In this document: one piece after another, positions 38,705 to 48,586 of the stretch
Position numbering within the stretch: position 1 is the stretch's first letter
Layout of the letters: every line of letters starts with the position of its first letter
The notes under the pieces: model-generated
The model's database searches: none
The model's input: the letters and a program-made list of their open reading frames with translations, nothing else
Told to the model about the DNA's origin: nothing
DNA from: Marinicella sp.
GTDB taxonomy: Bacteria > Pseudomonadota > Gammaproteobacteria > Xanthomonadales > Marinicellaceae
Length of the DNA: 64,000 nt
Reading direction: 5' to 3'
Assembly (NCBI GenBank): GCA_965230295.1
Contig: OZ246001.1
Location: 3,040,001 to 3,104,000, forward strand
Program-made: the position numbers and the translations under genes

Positions 38705-40084
38705 TCAACATTCAATGATGTTAACTGCCAGTCCGCCACGTGACGTTTCTTTATAGTGTTCCTTCATGTCATCACCGGTTTCTTTCATGGTTTTGATGAC
38801 TTTATCTAATGATACAGTATGGCTACCGTCATTGCGGTCTGCCATTCGTACCGCATTGATGGATTTGATGGAACCCATGGCGTTGCGCTCAATACAAGGA
38901 ATCTGCACCAAGCCACCGATGGGGTCACAAGTCAGTCCCAGGTTATGTTCCATGGCAATCTCGGCAGCATTTTCCACTTCGTCAGGGCTTAAATTCAAAG
39001 CGGCGGCCAAGCCAGCTGCAGCCATTGAAGAGGCCACGCCGACTTCACCCTGACAGCCCACTTCAGCTCCGGAAATAGATGCTTTGGTTTTATACAGAAT
39101 ACCGACGGCTGCTGCTGTGAGTAGAAAGTTTCTGATGCCCTGCAGGTCGCTGTCGGGGACAAACTCTTTGTAATAGTGTAAGACGGCCGGAATGATGCCT
39201 GCTGCGCCGTTAGTTGGGGCGGTTACCACGCGACCACCGGCGGCGTTTTCCTCACTGACAGCCAGTGCGTACATATTGACCCAGTCCAGAACAGTCAGTG
39301 GATCGGCCAGGTCTTTCTCAGATCGCTTGTCTAAATCACGAAATATTTTTGGTGCCCGACGTGCCACTTTCAAGCCACCTGGTAATACGCCATCTGCTTT
39401 GATGCCGCGTTTAACACAGGCCTCCATGGCTTCCCAGATGGTGTCTAGTTCTTGGTTGACTTGTTCAAGTGGTCGCCAGCTTTGTTCATTGGCATACATG
39501 ATTTCAGCAATGGTCATTTTGTGTTCATGACACAATTCAATCAACTCATCACCTGAGGTGAAGTGGTAGGGCAGTTTCGAATCATCCTCCATGATGTGCT
39601 GTTTGGCCAAATGGGTGTGTGACAGGATAAAGCCACCACCCACTGAGTAATAAGCTTTGCGCAACAGTTCATTGCCTTCATGGTCTTTTGCAGTGAATTG
39701 CATGCCGTTGGAGTGGAGTGGTAGCTTCTTGCGCTTGTGCCACACCAAATGTTTTTTTATCTTGAATTGTAAAGTCAATTCGTCATTGGCTTGGATCTGT
39801 TGGGTTTCTTCAACATCGTCCAACATTTTTTCAATCTTGTCCGGGTCAACCTGATCAGGTTCTTCCCCTAATAAACCCAAAATGATGGCTTTATCGGTGC
39901 CATGACCTCGACCTGTGTGACTCAGTGAACCATACAGTTCGGTGGTGATGCTGTGGGTGCGTTCTTGTAGTTGGTGAGACATGATTTGAGCAATGAACAT
40001 GTTGGCCGCTCTCATGGGGCCGACGGTGTGTGAACTGGAAGGACCGATACCAATTTTAAAGAGGTCAAATACACTGACTGCCAT
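38705..40084 (-). CDS. sdaA: L-serine ammonia-lyase (Fe-S)
   Basis: [43 protein letters not shown]. Confidence 0.97.
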   Translation of the reverse strand: MAVSVFDLFKIGIGPSSSHTVGPMRAANMFIAQIMSHQLQERTHSITTELYGSLSHTGRGHGTDKAIILGLLGEEPDQVDPDKIEKMLDDVEETQQIQANDELTLQFKIKKHLVWHKRKKLPLHSNGMQFTAKDHEGNELLRKAYYSVGGGFILSHTHLAKQHIMEDDSKLPYHFTSGDELIELCHEHKMTIAEIMYANEQSWRPLEQVNQELDTIWEAMEACVKRGIKADGVLPGGLKVARRAPKIFRDLDKRSEKDLADPLTVLDWVNMYALAVSEENAAGGRVVTAPTNGAAGIIPAVLHYYKEFVPDSDLQGIRNFLLTAAAVGILYKTKASISGAEVGCQGEVGVASSMAAAGLAAALNLSPDEVENAAEIAMEHNLGLTCDPIGGLVQIPCIERNAMGSIKSINAVRMADRNDGSHTVSLDKVIKTMKETGDDMKEHYKETSRGGLAVNIIEC

Positions 40085-40098
40085 GATAAACTACGCGC

Positions 40099-40332
40099 AT
40101 GAAAAAACTGAAATTATACAGCAGAATTGAGTGCCCGTTGTGTGAGTATGCAGAAGAGTTATTGCTTGAGGGTGGTATAACTTACGAAACCGTAGACATC
40201 GATGATTCTGAACAATTAACCCGTCAATACCACGTCAAAATTCCTGTTTTGGCCAATGAGTCTGATGAGTTGAATTGGCCCTTTACCCTTGAACAAGCTC
40301 AAGTTTTGTTACAGGAGCTTGATAATGGCTAA
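40099..40332 (+). CDS. Glutaredoxin-like protein (DUF836 type)
   Basis: CPLC, IPVL, LNWPF. Confidence 0.85.
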   Translation: MKKLKLYSRIECPLCEYAEELLLEGGITYETVDIDDSEQLTRQYHVKIPVLANESDELNWPFTLEQAQVLLQELDNG

Positions 40333-41689
40333 AGCCAAAACCCAATTTGTATGTAATTTGTGCGGCCATAGTACCTCGAAATGGTCGGGTCAATGTGTGG
40401 CTTGTAAAGAATGGAATTGTATCGATGAGATTAAAATCCAGCCCACCACCTCTGGCGCCAAGGTCAATCGATATGCCAATTACTCAGGTGACTCATCTAT
40501 TCAGAAGCTGGGAAAGATCAGTACCAAGCAACAGCAGCGCACCTCATCACACATCAAGGAATTGGATCGTGTTCTGGGCGGCGGTATTGTCCCTGGTTCG
40601 GTGATTTTACTGGGTGGTGATCCAGGCATTGGTAAATCAACTTTGATGCTGCAAGTGTCAGCACAAATTGCTGAAGTCATTACACCTTTGTATGTGACCG
40701 GTGAGGAATCATTGTCCCAAATTGCCATGCGGGCGTCACGCCTGGGCCTGCGAGCCGATGATTTAGACTGTATGGCAGAAACATCGGTGGAAGCCATCAT
40801 TGCCACTACTTTACAAAAAAAACCTGATTTGGTGGTGATTGATTCCATTCAGACATTATTCAGTGAACAACTCACTGCCATACCTGGCTCAGTCTCTCAG
40901 GTCAAAGAGGCCGCAGCCCAATTGGTCCGCATGGCCAAACAAAGCAAAATAACCGTCATTTTGGTGGGTCATGTCACCAAAGACGGTGCCATCGCTGGCC
41001 CCAGGATGTTGGAGCACATGGTGGATACCGTGTTGTATTTTGAGTCAGATGGCAACAGCCGATATCGGGTATTGCGTGCCTTGAAAAATCGTTTTGGTGC
41101 GGTGAATGAAATTGGGGTTTTTGCGATGACCGAAACCGGTGTAAAAGAAGTGGAGAACCCATCGGCGATTTTCTTGAGTGAGCGCCAAGCCGATAAAGCC
41201 GGTTCAGTGGTGATGTGTACCCGCGAAGGTACCAGGCCCTTGTTGGTAGAGATTCAGGCTTTAGTGGATCAAAGCCCTTTGGGTAACCCGCGTCGCTTAT
41301 CGGTGGGCCTGGAGCACAACCGCTTAGCCATGTTGTTGGCCGTGTTACACCGCATGTGTCACTTGGCCATCCATGACCATGATGTGTTTTTGAATGCAGT
41401 TGGCGGCATGAAAATCACCGAAACAGCGGCTGATTTGGCCATCATCATTGCCATCATTTCCAGTTTTAAAAACAGGTACTTGCCAGCAGGGACCATTGTT
41501 TTTGGTGAGGTGGGGCTGACTGGAGAGGTCAGACCTGTACACAATGGTGAAGACCGCCTCAAAGAAGCAGCCAACCACGGCTTCAAAACCGCCATCATCC
41601 CCAAAGGCAACGCGGGTAAATGGGTCAAAGATCTGAACATCAAAATCATCACCGTTGATCAGGTGAGTGAGGTGGTGGATTTGGTCTAG
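40325..41689 (+). CDS. radA: DNA repair protein RadA/Sms
   Basis: Zn finger, GDPGIGKST, KNRFG, Lon-like C-terminus. Confidence 0.97.
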   Translation: MAKAKTQFVCNLCGHSTSKWSGQCVACKEWNCIDEIKIQPTTSGAKVNRYANYSGDSSIQKLGKISTKQQQRTSSHIKELDRVLGGGIVPGSVILLGGDPGIGKSTLMLQVSAQIAEVITPLYVTGEESLSQIAMRASRLGLRADDLDCMAETSVEAIIATTLQKKPDLVVIDSIQTLFSEQLTAIPGSVSQVKEAAAQLVRMAKQSKITVILVGHVTKDGAIAGPRMLEHMVDTVLYFESDGNSRYRVLRALKNRFGAVNEIGVFAMTETGVKEVENPSAIFLSERQADKAGSVVMCTREGTRPLLVEIQALVDQSPLGNPRRLSVGLEHNRLAMLLAVLHRMCHLAIHDHDVFLNAVGGMKITETAADLAIIIAIISSFKNRYLPAGTIVFGEVGLTGEVRPVHNGEDRLKEAANHGFKTAIIPKGNAGKWVKDLNIKIITVDQVSEVVDLV

Positions 41690-41692
41690 CCT

Positions 41693-41878
41693 GTCATCAT
41701 GAGCGCTGCACAGCGAAGTCGAATGATCTCCTGTATCCGAAATTGAGTTTAAAAACCATTACGTGAAATTCAGGAGATTGCCACGGTTTCTTCGAAACCT
41801 CGCAATGACAGTTTAAGAACGGTCATTGCGAGGGAGGAAAGACCGATGTTGTCATCATGAGCGCAGTCGAATGATCTC
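41693..41878. repeat. Cluster of GTCAT-type REP-like palindromes (second family)
   Basis: GTCATCATGAGCGC..GAATGATCTC twice; GAGATTGCCACG..CTCGCAATGAC; GTCATTGCGAG. Confidence 0.7.
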
Positions 41879-41957
41879 TTGAAGCTGGGGTATATTTTCA
41901 ATTAAGCAATACGTGAAAATAAAATGATCTTACAAAACACACATTTTCTATCTAACC

Positions 41958-42460
41958 GTCATTCTTTGGCTTGACCAAAGAATCCAGGCAGTATGATTTA
42001 TCAGTCTAAAATTTATTTCTTTTAAGAAAATATGGGTGGCTCCAAATTACAAACGATATTACTTTTAAAGCCAATTTAAAGTTTGTTTGTATTAAATGAA
42101 GAAGGAGTTTTACGTGTACATCATGGCCTCAAAAAAGAACGGTACTTTATATATTGGAGTGACTTCTGATTTAATAAAAAGAGTTTGGCAACATAAAAGT
42201 AATGTTGTTGATGGCTTTACCAAGACACATGGCGTACACAAACTGGTTTACTTCGAGCAATTTGACGATGCTTTGAGTGCCGTTGCCAGGGAAAAACGCC
42301 TTAAAGTATGGAAGCGACATTGGAAGTTAGAATTGATTGAATCTAGCAATCCATTTTGGGAAGATTTGTATGCATCAATTGTATGAGGCTTCTTTAGTTA
42401 AGAGTTAATATAGGATCAGATATCACGCACCTGGATCCTGCGGTCAAGCCGAAGGATGAC
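41958..42460 (+). mobile_element. GIY-YIG nuclease cassette bounded by inverted 31-bp REP-like hairpins
   Basis: GTCATTCTTTGGCTTGACCAAAGAATCCAGG ... CCTGGATCCTGCGGTCAAGCCGAAGGATGAC. Confidence 0.65.
42096..42386 (+). CDS. GIY-YIG nuclease family protein
   Basis: FYVYIMAS..GTLYIGVTSDL..R..QHK, REKRLK.WKR.WK. Confidence 0.92.
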   Translation: MKKEFYVYIMASKKNGTLYIGVTSDLIKRVWQHKSNVVDGFTKTHGVHKLVYFEQFDDALSAVAREKRLKVWKRHWKLELIESSNPFWEDLYASIV

Positions 42461-42518
42461 ATGTTATGTAATTTAATGATTCTTTGGCTTGTCGTACTCG
42501 ATCAGAATGACAGGGTTC

Positions 42519-44726
42519 TCACCTTTTCCAAGCATAGCTGAATTTCATGAACACGCTTTTGTCGGTTGTAACAAAGGATTCGATGTCATCAAATTCGGTG
42601 CCGGCGTCGGAATAACCGACAAACAGCAGCGTCCTGGGGTTGACCTTGTATGAGTAAATCAATTGGGTAGCGACGTTTTCGCTGTTTTTATCGAAATCAT
42701 CCGGTTCGTTATACAAACTCAGGTCTCGATTGACATCGGTCTGGATGATGGCCAGTCGTAAGCGCTGTCTGATGTTGAATTGATATGACAGCCGGATGTC
42801 CGTTTGATTGGCGGTAAAAATATTGCCTTCAGTTAAAGACAAATTGCGGTATCGGTGGTTGATGCGGGCATTGAAATGTTTTCCAATGTTGGCATTGACA
42901 TACATGCTGCCTCTTAAAGAGTCTGCCAAACGGTTGTTACTGAAATCAACGTCATGGCCTTGGTTGATAAAAATTCCCAGTGACAGACCGGAAATGGGTT
43001 TGATGTCAAAATCGAAAAACCGGAAATTCTCACGAAATAGATTGTCTTCCCAAAAGCGATCTCGCACGCCCAAGCCCACTCGGTAAAAGGACTGCAAGGG
43101 ACCATTAACGCCGAAACTGCCTTCAAACTCTTTTTCTAATACGGTGCCTTCCTGGTCGTGGGTGATGTCCCAGTCAGAATAAACGTCCATGCGGTTCCAC
43201 CAGTTGTCTTGATCACCAATCCAGGCATAACCACCGCCAATGACGGACTTTCTGGTACCGACTTGACTGATGAAGCCACTGTCTGCCCGAAAGCCATCGT
43301 CTTTGTTTTGGTGGAAGGCATTGAAGCGCCAATTACGACCATTGTGCTGATATCTGGCCAGGTAAGTGTTACCCGAAAATTTACCTTGTCGTTGGTCAAA
43401 TTCATCGACCACCTCATCCGGATATTCAGTCTCTGAATTGGCTATTTGAAAACGAATCAGGTCTTTAGGTGTGAGGCGAAAGTTGACATCACCTGAGACC
43501 ACGGTGTTGCTGTAGCCGCCGCCGTCCCGGCTGGTGATTGTGCCACCGAATGTGGAGGCATATTTACCGAAATCGCGTCGATACCGGCCTACTATATTAT
43601 TCGATTCATTTTCTATGGTGGTGAAATCAGAACTCAATGTACCTGGAATCAGTACATTGGTGATGGTGTCTTTGGCGTAGTAAAAGCCATAGGCATTGGC
43701 ATCATTTTTACCCACCAGTCGCACACCATAGTCCGGATCAGCAATGTTCCTGGTATAGACCAATCTCATGTTGGAATCAAAATAATCTGAGTTTTCTAAA
43801 AAGAAGGAGCGCCGTTCAGGAAAGAACAGGGCAAAGTTCTGATTCACATTCAGTTGAGCTGAATCCGCTTCTACTTGTGAAAAATCCGGGTTGATGGTGG
43901 CATTCAGAGTCAGGTTTGAATTGATGCCCCAGTTGACATCGACACCCGCTTCAAAATCGGTGTCGCTGGGACCGTAATCAGCGTCTTCGGGCTCTCTGCT
44001 TTTTGAAGCGAGGCCTGTGATGGTTGGGGTGATTTCCAAATCCATGCCTCGGTCGGCATTGGCAAACCCAACGACCTTTTCTGTTTGGCACAGAAAGCAG
44101 TCATTGTCTCTCAAGATTTTAACGTTGCGGTATTGGCGTCGGTCATCTCTCGGGTGGGTCCTTTGAACGAACAGCCCCCAGGTTTTTTCTCCAACTGAGT
44201 CGGGCATTTGTAATTCGTTGTAAGGAATCTCCATTTCTACCACATAACCAAATTCTGTGATGTTTCCAGCTGACTCCCAGATGGCATCCCATGAGTCGTC
44301 TTCATTGTTGCCACTTTGAATCAGGTCCATTTGAACCCCCAGTGGATTGGTGAAAAACTCTAATGCACGTCGTTCATCATTGTATGTGTCAAGTACAACA
44401 CCGACAAAATCATCACTGTAGGATGAATCTCTATCGCGCAGGAAAGCCCTGATTTTTTCGGGTTCCGGGTCTTCAGCCCTGAACCCTATCACCAAGGTGT
44501 TACCCGTATCAATTAAGAAGGCTTCGGTTTTAACTTGTGCGGGTATGTTTTCAGCCGGGCTGGTTTCCCACACCAGAGGGATGAGCAGTGCTTGTTCCCA
44601 AGCAGGTTCATCCATGTAACCGTCAATTTTGATGTTGGTGTTTTCCAGTAATGGAACGCGTTTGTTGTCGATTTCTTGTGCGTTGATTAAAAAACTGCAC
44701 AACAATAACCAAATGCTCTTTTTCAT
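42519..44726 (-). CDS. CBM9-like/DUF5916 outer-membrane protein
   Basis: IDGYMDEPAW, WDAIWES, TINPDFSQVEAD, FFPERRSFFLE. Confidence 0.85.
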   Translation of the reverse strand: MKKSIWLLLCSFLINAQEIDNKRVPLLENTNIKIDGYMDEPAWEQALLIPLVWETSPAENIPAQVKTEAFLIDTGNTLVIGFRAEDPEPEKIRAFLRDRDSSYSDDFVGVVLDTYNDERRALEFFTNPLGVQMDLIQSGNNEDDSWDAIWESAGNITEFGYVVEMEIPYNELQMPDSVGEKTWGLFVQRTHPRDDRRQYRNVKILRDNDCFLCQTEKVVGFANADRGMDLEITPTITGLASKSREPEDADYGPSDTDFEAGVDVNWGINSNLTLNATINPDFSQVEADSAQLNVNQNFALFFPERRSFFLENSDYFDSNMRLVYTRNIADPDYGVRLVGKNDANAYGFYYAKDTITNVLIPGTLSSDFTTIENESNNIVGRYRRDFGKYASTFGGTITSRDGGGYSNTVVSGDVNFRLTPKDLIRFQIANSETEYPDEVVDEFDQRQGKFSGNTYLARYQHNGRNWRFNAFHQNKDDGFRADSGFISQVGTRKSVIGGGYAWIGDQDNWWNRMDVYSDWDITHDQEGTVLEKEFEGSFGVNGPLQSFYRVGLGVRDRFWEDNLFRENFRFFDFDIKPISGLSLGIFINQGHDVDFSNNRLADSLRGSMYVNANIGKHFNARINHRYRNLSLTEGNIFTANQTDIRLSYQFNIRQRLRLAIIQTDVNRDLSLYNEPDDFDKNSENVATQLIYSYKVNPRTLLFVGYSDAGTEFDDIESFVTTDKSVFMKFSYAWKR

Positions 44727-44839
44727 GGGTCCCCTACGAAGCTTGCTTTAAATGCCAATAAGAAATTCTAATTTATGGTCATTAACGCGCTCAACCCCCC
44801 AAAGGTAACGAATTAATTTATAATTCTTGAGTTTTTTAA

Positions 44840-45163
44840 TCAGGCGTCTTGAGGGCAGGCTTCTTCGCAAAACAATTCATGCAACAAATGAATGATGCTC
44901 ACAGCTTTGCTGTCAGTCAGAGAATAAAATATGGTTTGGGCATCTCGTCGGATTTTGACCAGATCAGCTTTTCTGAGTTGAGCCAAGTGTTGGGAGAGGG
45001 CTGATTGACTGAGTTGGGACAAAGTGTTGTTGAGTTCAGAGACTGACATTTCCTGTTCATGTAATAAGCACAAAATCAATAACCTTTGTTGGTTTGATAT
45101 GAGCTTTAACAACGCTGAGGCGGAGCCAGAATGCGTCATCATGTCTTCCATTGATTGTCTCAT
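44840..45163 (-). CDS. ArsR/SmtB regulator, SqrR/BigR-like
   Basis: RLLILCLL, SQSALSQHLAQLR, ELFC; two-Cys layout. Confidence 0.85.
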   Translation of the reverse strand: MRQSMEDMMTHSGSASALLKLISNQQRLLILCLLHEQEMSVSELNNTLSQLSQSALSQHLAQLRKADLVKIRRDAQTIFYSLTDSKAVSIIHLLHELFCEEACPQDA

Positions 45164-45231
45164 AAAATGCTTTAACCCTCTAAAAACAGAGGCTATTTTG
45201 CATGATTCTGAACTGATTAACAACTGTTTGA

Positions 45232-45251
45232 ATATTAGAAAAAACTAATAT
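45232..45251. promoter_or_regulatory. Palindromic operator, probably for the ArsR regulator
   Basis: ATATTAG-N6-CTAATAT abutting TATAAT. Confidence 0.6.
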
Positions 45252-45293
45252 ATAATGCAAGCAAAAATAATGAACAATGGCTGGTAGGTAAAA

Positions 45294-47807
45294 ATGCAAG
45301 ATAAAATCACTGATTATGTATTGAAACAACCGAAAATGATATTCCTTGTGGTGCTTATGGTTTCAATGCTGACTGCTGCCTTGATCCCACTCATTCAGAT
45401 TGATACGGATCCGGAAAACATGCTGCCTGATGATCAGGTTGAGCGGTTGTTTCATAACCGGATTAAATCACAATTCAATTTACATGACATGATTGTGGTG
45501 GGTGCCATCAATCAGTCCGAGCAGGGCATTTACAACCCTAAATCATTACAAGATTTGTTGAACATTGCAGGTCAAGTGTCGAAGATTGACGGCGTCATCG
45601 AACATGATTTGATGGCTTTATCACATGTGGACAACATCACCCAGAAAGGACCTGGTGAGATCCAGTTTGAGTGGTTGATGAAACAGGCACCAAACGATCG
45701 TGCAGGTGCCCTGACCATTGCTGAGCAGGTTGAACGCCTACCACTGCTGAAAAATACCCTGGTCTCTGCAGATCAAAAAGCTGCCAGCATCTATGTGCCC
45801 ATAGCTGATAAGAATGAGAGTCATCGAATAGCGACTGAGATTGAAGCCATTGTAGACAATGCTCAAGGTGATGATGAATACCACATCACAGGGTTACCCG
45901 TGGCTGAAGATACGTTTGGATATCAAATGTTCATACAAATGGGCATTTCAGCACCCTTGGCAGGACTGATGATTTTTATATTGATGTGGTATTTTTTCCG
46001 AAATTTTAAATTCATTGCAGCCCCCATGATAGTTGCTATGGCCACTGTTATCATGGTGATGGGTACCATGATTGGCATGGGTTATACGGTGCACATCATG
46101 AGTTCAATGATCGCCATTTTTCTGATGCCCATAGCGGTGGTGGACTCCATTCACATCATGTCAGAGTTTGTGGAGAAGTATGCAGAAAACAGCAGCCGTG
46201 AACAGGTGATCAGAACTGTGATCGCTGATTTATTCAAACCCATGCTGTTCACCAGTTTGACATCGGCGGTGGGTTTTTTCTCTTTGATGTTAACCCCCAT
46301 TCCACCGGTGCAAATTTTTGGTGCCTTTGTTGGGGTCGGTATATTATTGGCTTTTGTCTTAACCATTCTATTCATACCGGCGTATTTGGTGGTTCTCAAA
46401 CCAGCCGCATTGCGCTCTTTGAAATCCATTCACCATTCAAAGTCAAAGTTATCTAACACCATCAAGGTCATCGGCCAGACGAGCCTCAAGAACAACAAAA
46501 CAGTGGTTTTGTTGTTCTTGGTGGTTCTTTTGATCAGTGTCTTGGGCATCGTAAAAATTCAAATCAATGACAACCCGGTCAGGTGGTTTAAATCTGACCA
46601 TCCTATCAGAATAGCAGATCAGGAATTAAATCAACATTTTGCTGGAACCTATGATGCCTATTTGGTGCTTGAGTCTGATGTGTCAGCGACAGAAAATACA
46701 TTCACACAGCAACTCGAACAAGATCTAGTTTGGTATGAACAGTTTGAAGTGTTTAAAACGACTGAACCCGGATTTCAAGCTCAATTGAATGCCATGTTGT
46801 TTTGGGCTGAAGACCAAATGTTTGACGCCGATGCTGAAACAACCGAAAAACTCGATGCCTTATTGGTCATGATAGATGCAGCCAGCGCACAATTGGCATT
46901 TTTTAAGTCACCAGATCATTTAGCTTATGTTGCACAATTGCAAAATGCTTTGCAAAGCAGCGGCTTGGTGGGTAAATCCAATTCATTGGCAGATGTGGTT
47001 AAAACGGTTAATCGAGAACTTCAGGGAGGCAATGAGTCTGAGTTTAAATTACCAACCAGTCAGGCCGGTGTTGCACAAACATTGTTGCAATACCAGTCTT
47101 CACATCGGCCTCATGATCTGTGGCATTTTGTGACCCAGGATTACACCAGCACGGTCATCTGGGTACAGTTGACCAGTGGTGATAATCAGGACATGACCCA
47201 AGTGGTTAACTTCATGAAGAATTACATTGAGGATCACCCACCAGCCACAGGTGTCCAAATTAATTGGGCCGGTAAAACATATTTAAACAAAGTCTGGCAG
47301 GAAGAAATGGTGGCAGGCATGGGGATGAGCCTGGTCAGTGCATTCGTGGTGGTGTTTGTGATGATGGTTTTGTTGTTCAGAAGTTTGGTATTTGGCATGT
47401 TGGCGATGTTGCCTTTGACCATTACCATTGCTTTTATTTATGGGTTGATTGGTTGGCTGGGTAAAGACTATGACATGCCGATTGCAGTTTTATCAGCCTT
47501 AACTTTGGGTTTGTCAGTTGATTTTGCCATACATTTCTTGCAACGAGCCAGAGACATCTACAGCGAGAATCATGATTTTAAATTGACCATGCAGATGATG
47601 TTCGAAGAACCCGCTGCGGCCATCAGCAAAAACGCAGTGGTGATTGCGATCGGGTTTACGCCATTGCTGTTTGCACCATTGGTACCATACATAACAGTCG
47701 GCTTTTTCCTGGCCACCATCATGGCCGTTTCTGCACTGGTCACATTGATGATGTTACCGGCCATGCTTAAGTTGTTGTATCACTGGACTTTGGAGATTAA
47801 ATCATGA
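45294..47807 (+). CDS. MMPL/RND family transporter
   Basis: Two TM clusters with IAVVDSIH and GLSVDFAIHF. Confidence 0.9.
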   Translation: MQDKITDYVLKQPKMIFLVVLMVSMLTAALIPLIQIDTDPENMLPDDQVERLFHNRIKSQFNLHDMIVVGAINQSEQGIYNPKSLQDLLNIAGQVSKIDGVIEHDLMALSHVDNITQKGPGEIQFEWLMKQAPNDRAGALTIAEQVERLPLLKNTLVSADQKAASIYVPIADKNESHRIATEIEAIVDNAQGDDEYHITGLPVAEDTFGYQMFIQMGISAPLAGLMIFILMWYFFRNFKFIAAPMIVAMATVIMVMGTMIGMGYTVHIMSSMIAIFLMPIAVVDSIHIMSEFVEKYAENSSREQVIRTVIADLFKPMLFTSLTSAVGFFSLMLTPIPPVQIFGAFVGVGILLAFVLTILFIPAYLVVLKPAALRSLKSIHHSKSKLSNTIKVIGQTSLKNNKTVVLLFLVVLLISVLGIVKIQINDNPVRWFKSDHPIRIADQELNQHFAGTYDAYLVLESDVSATENTFTQQLEQDLVWYEQFEVFKTTEPGFQAQLNAMLFWAEDQMFDADAETTEKLDALLVMIDAASAQLAFFKSPDHLAYVAQLQNALQSSGLVGKSNSLADVVKTVNRELQGGNESEFKLPTSQAGVAQTLLQYQSSHRPHDLWHFVTQDYTSTVIWVQLTSGDNQDMTQVVNFMKNYIEDHPPATGVQINWAGKTYLNKVWQEEMVAGMGMSLVSAFVVVFVMMVLLFRSLVFGMLAMLPLTITIAFIYGLIGWLGKDYDMPIAVLSALTLGLSVDFAIHFLQRARDIYSENHDFKLTMQMMFEEPAAAISKNAVVIAIGFTPLLFAPLVPYITVGFFLATIMAVSALVTLMMLPAMLKLLYHWTLEIKS

Positions 47808-48586
47808 AACAAGCCATGTTGTTGCTCTTTTTTGTAGTGACCGCCAATGCGGGTTCAACATCCTCGGTTGAGCAAATCATCGAACAAGCCAATCTGGCGT
47901 CTTTTTATGCAGGAACCGATGGTCGCGGCGAAGCCCGGATGATCATCGTTGACGGCAAAGGTAACAAGCAAATGCGACAATTTGTGATCTTACGAAAGAA
48001 CCTACAAGCCGGTGATGAGCAGAATTTCCTGGTGGTGTTTTCCAGGCCATCAGATGTGAAAGATACGGTTTTTTTGGTGCACAAAAAGATCGAACAAGAT
48101 GATGATCGTTGGTTGTATTTGCCGGCTTTGGATCTGGAAAAACGCATCTCGGCCAGTGACAATCGCACCAGTTTTGTGGGGTCCGATTTCTTTTATGAAG
48201 ACGTTTCTGGACGCGATCCAGATGTTGATGTGCATCAGTTATTGAACCAAGATGGCCAGTACTATTATTTGAAAAGTACCCCTAAAGATCCATCAAGCGT
48301 TGAATTCAATCATTACACCATGAAGATTGACCAACAAACCATGTTGCCGATGGTGATCGAATACCATGATGAGTCAGGACAAGTTTATCGGCGCGTTGAA
48401 GTGGTTGCTGTGGAGTCGATTCAAGGCCATCCAACGGTGATGAAATCCAAAGTATCCAATTTAAAAACCCAGGGGTATACTTTGCTCGAATTCAGGCGAC
48501 CCGGTTACGATTTGGGCCTGGAGGACTCGGTGTTTACCATCCGGTCTTTGCGCAACCCTCCTAAACAATGGCTGCGAATGAAGTGA
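47804..48586 (+). CDS. LolA-like outer membrane lipoprotein-sorting protein
   Basis: DDRWLYLPAL..KRI..SFVGSDFFYED. Confidence 0.85.
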   Translation: MKQAMLLLFFVVTANAGSTSSVEQIIEQANLASFYAGTDGRGEARMIIVDGKGNKQMRQFVILRKNLQAGDEQNFLVVFSRPSDVKDTVFLVHKKIEQDDDRWLYLPALDLEKRISASDNRTSFVGSDFFYEDVSGRDPDVDVHQLLNQDGQYYYLKSTPKDPSSVEFNHYTMKIDQQTMLPMVIEYHDESGQVYRRVEVVAVESIQGHPTVMKSKVSNLKTQGYTLLEFRRPGYDLGLEDSVFTIRSLRNPPKQWLRMK

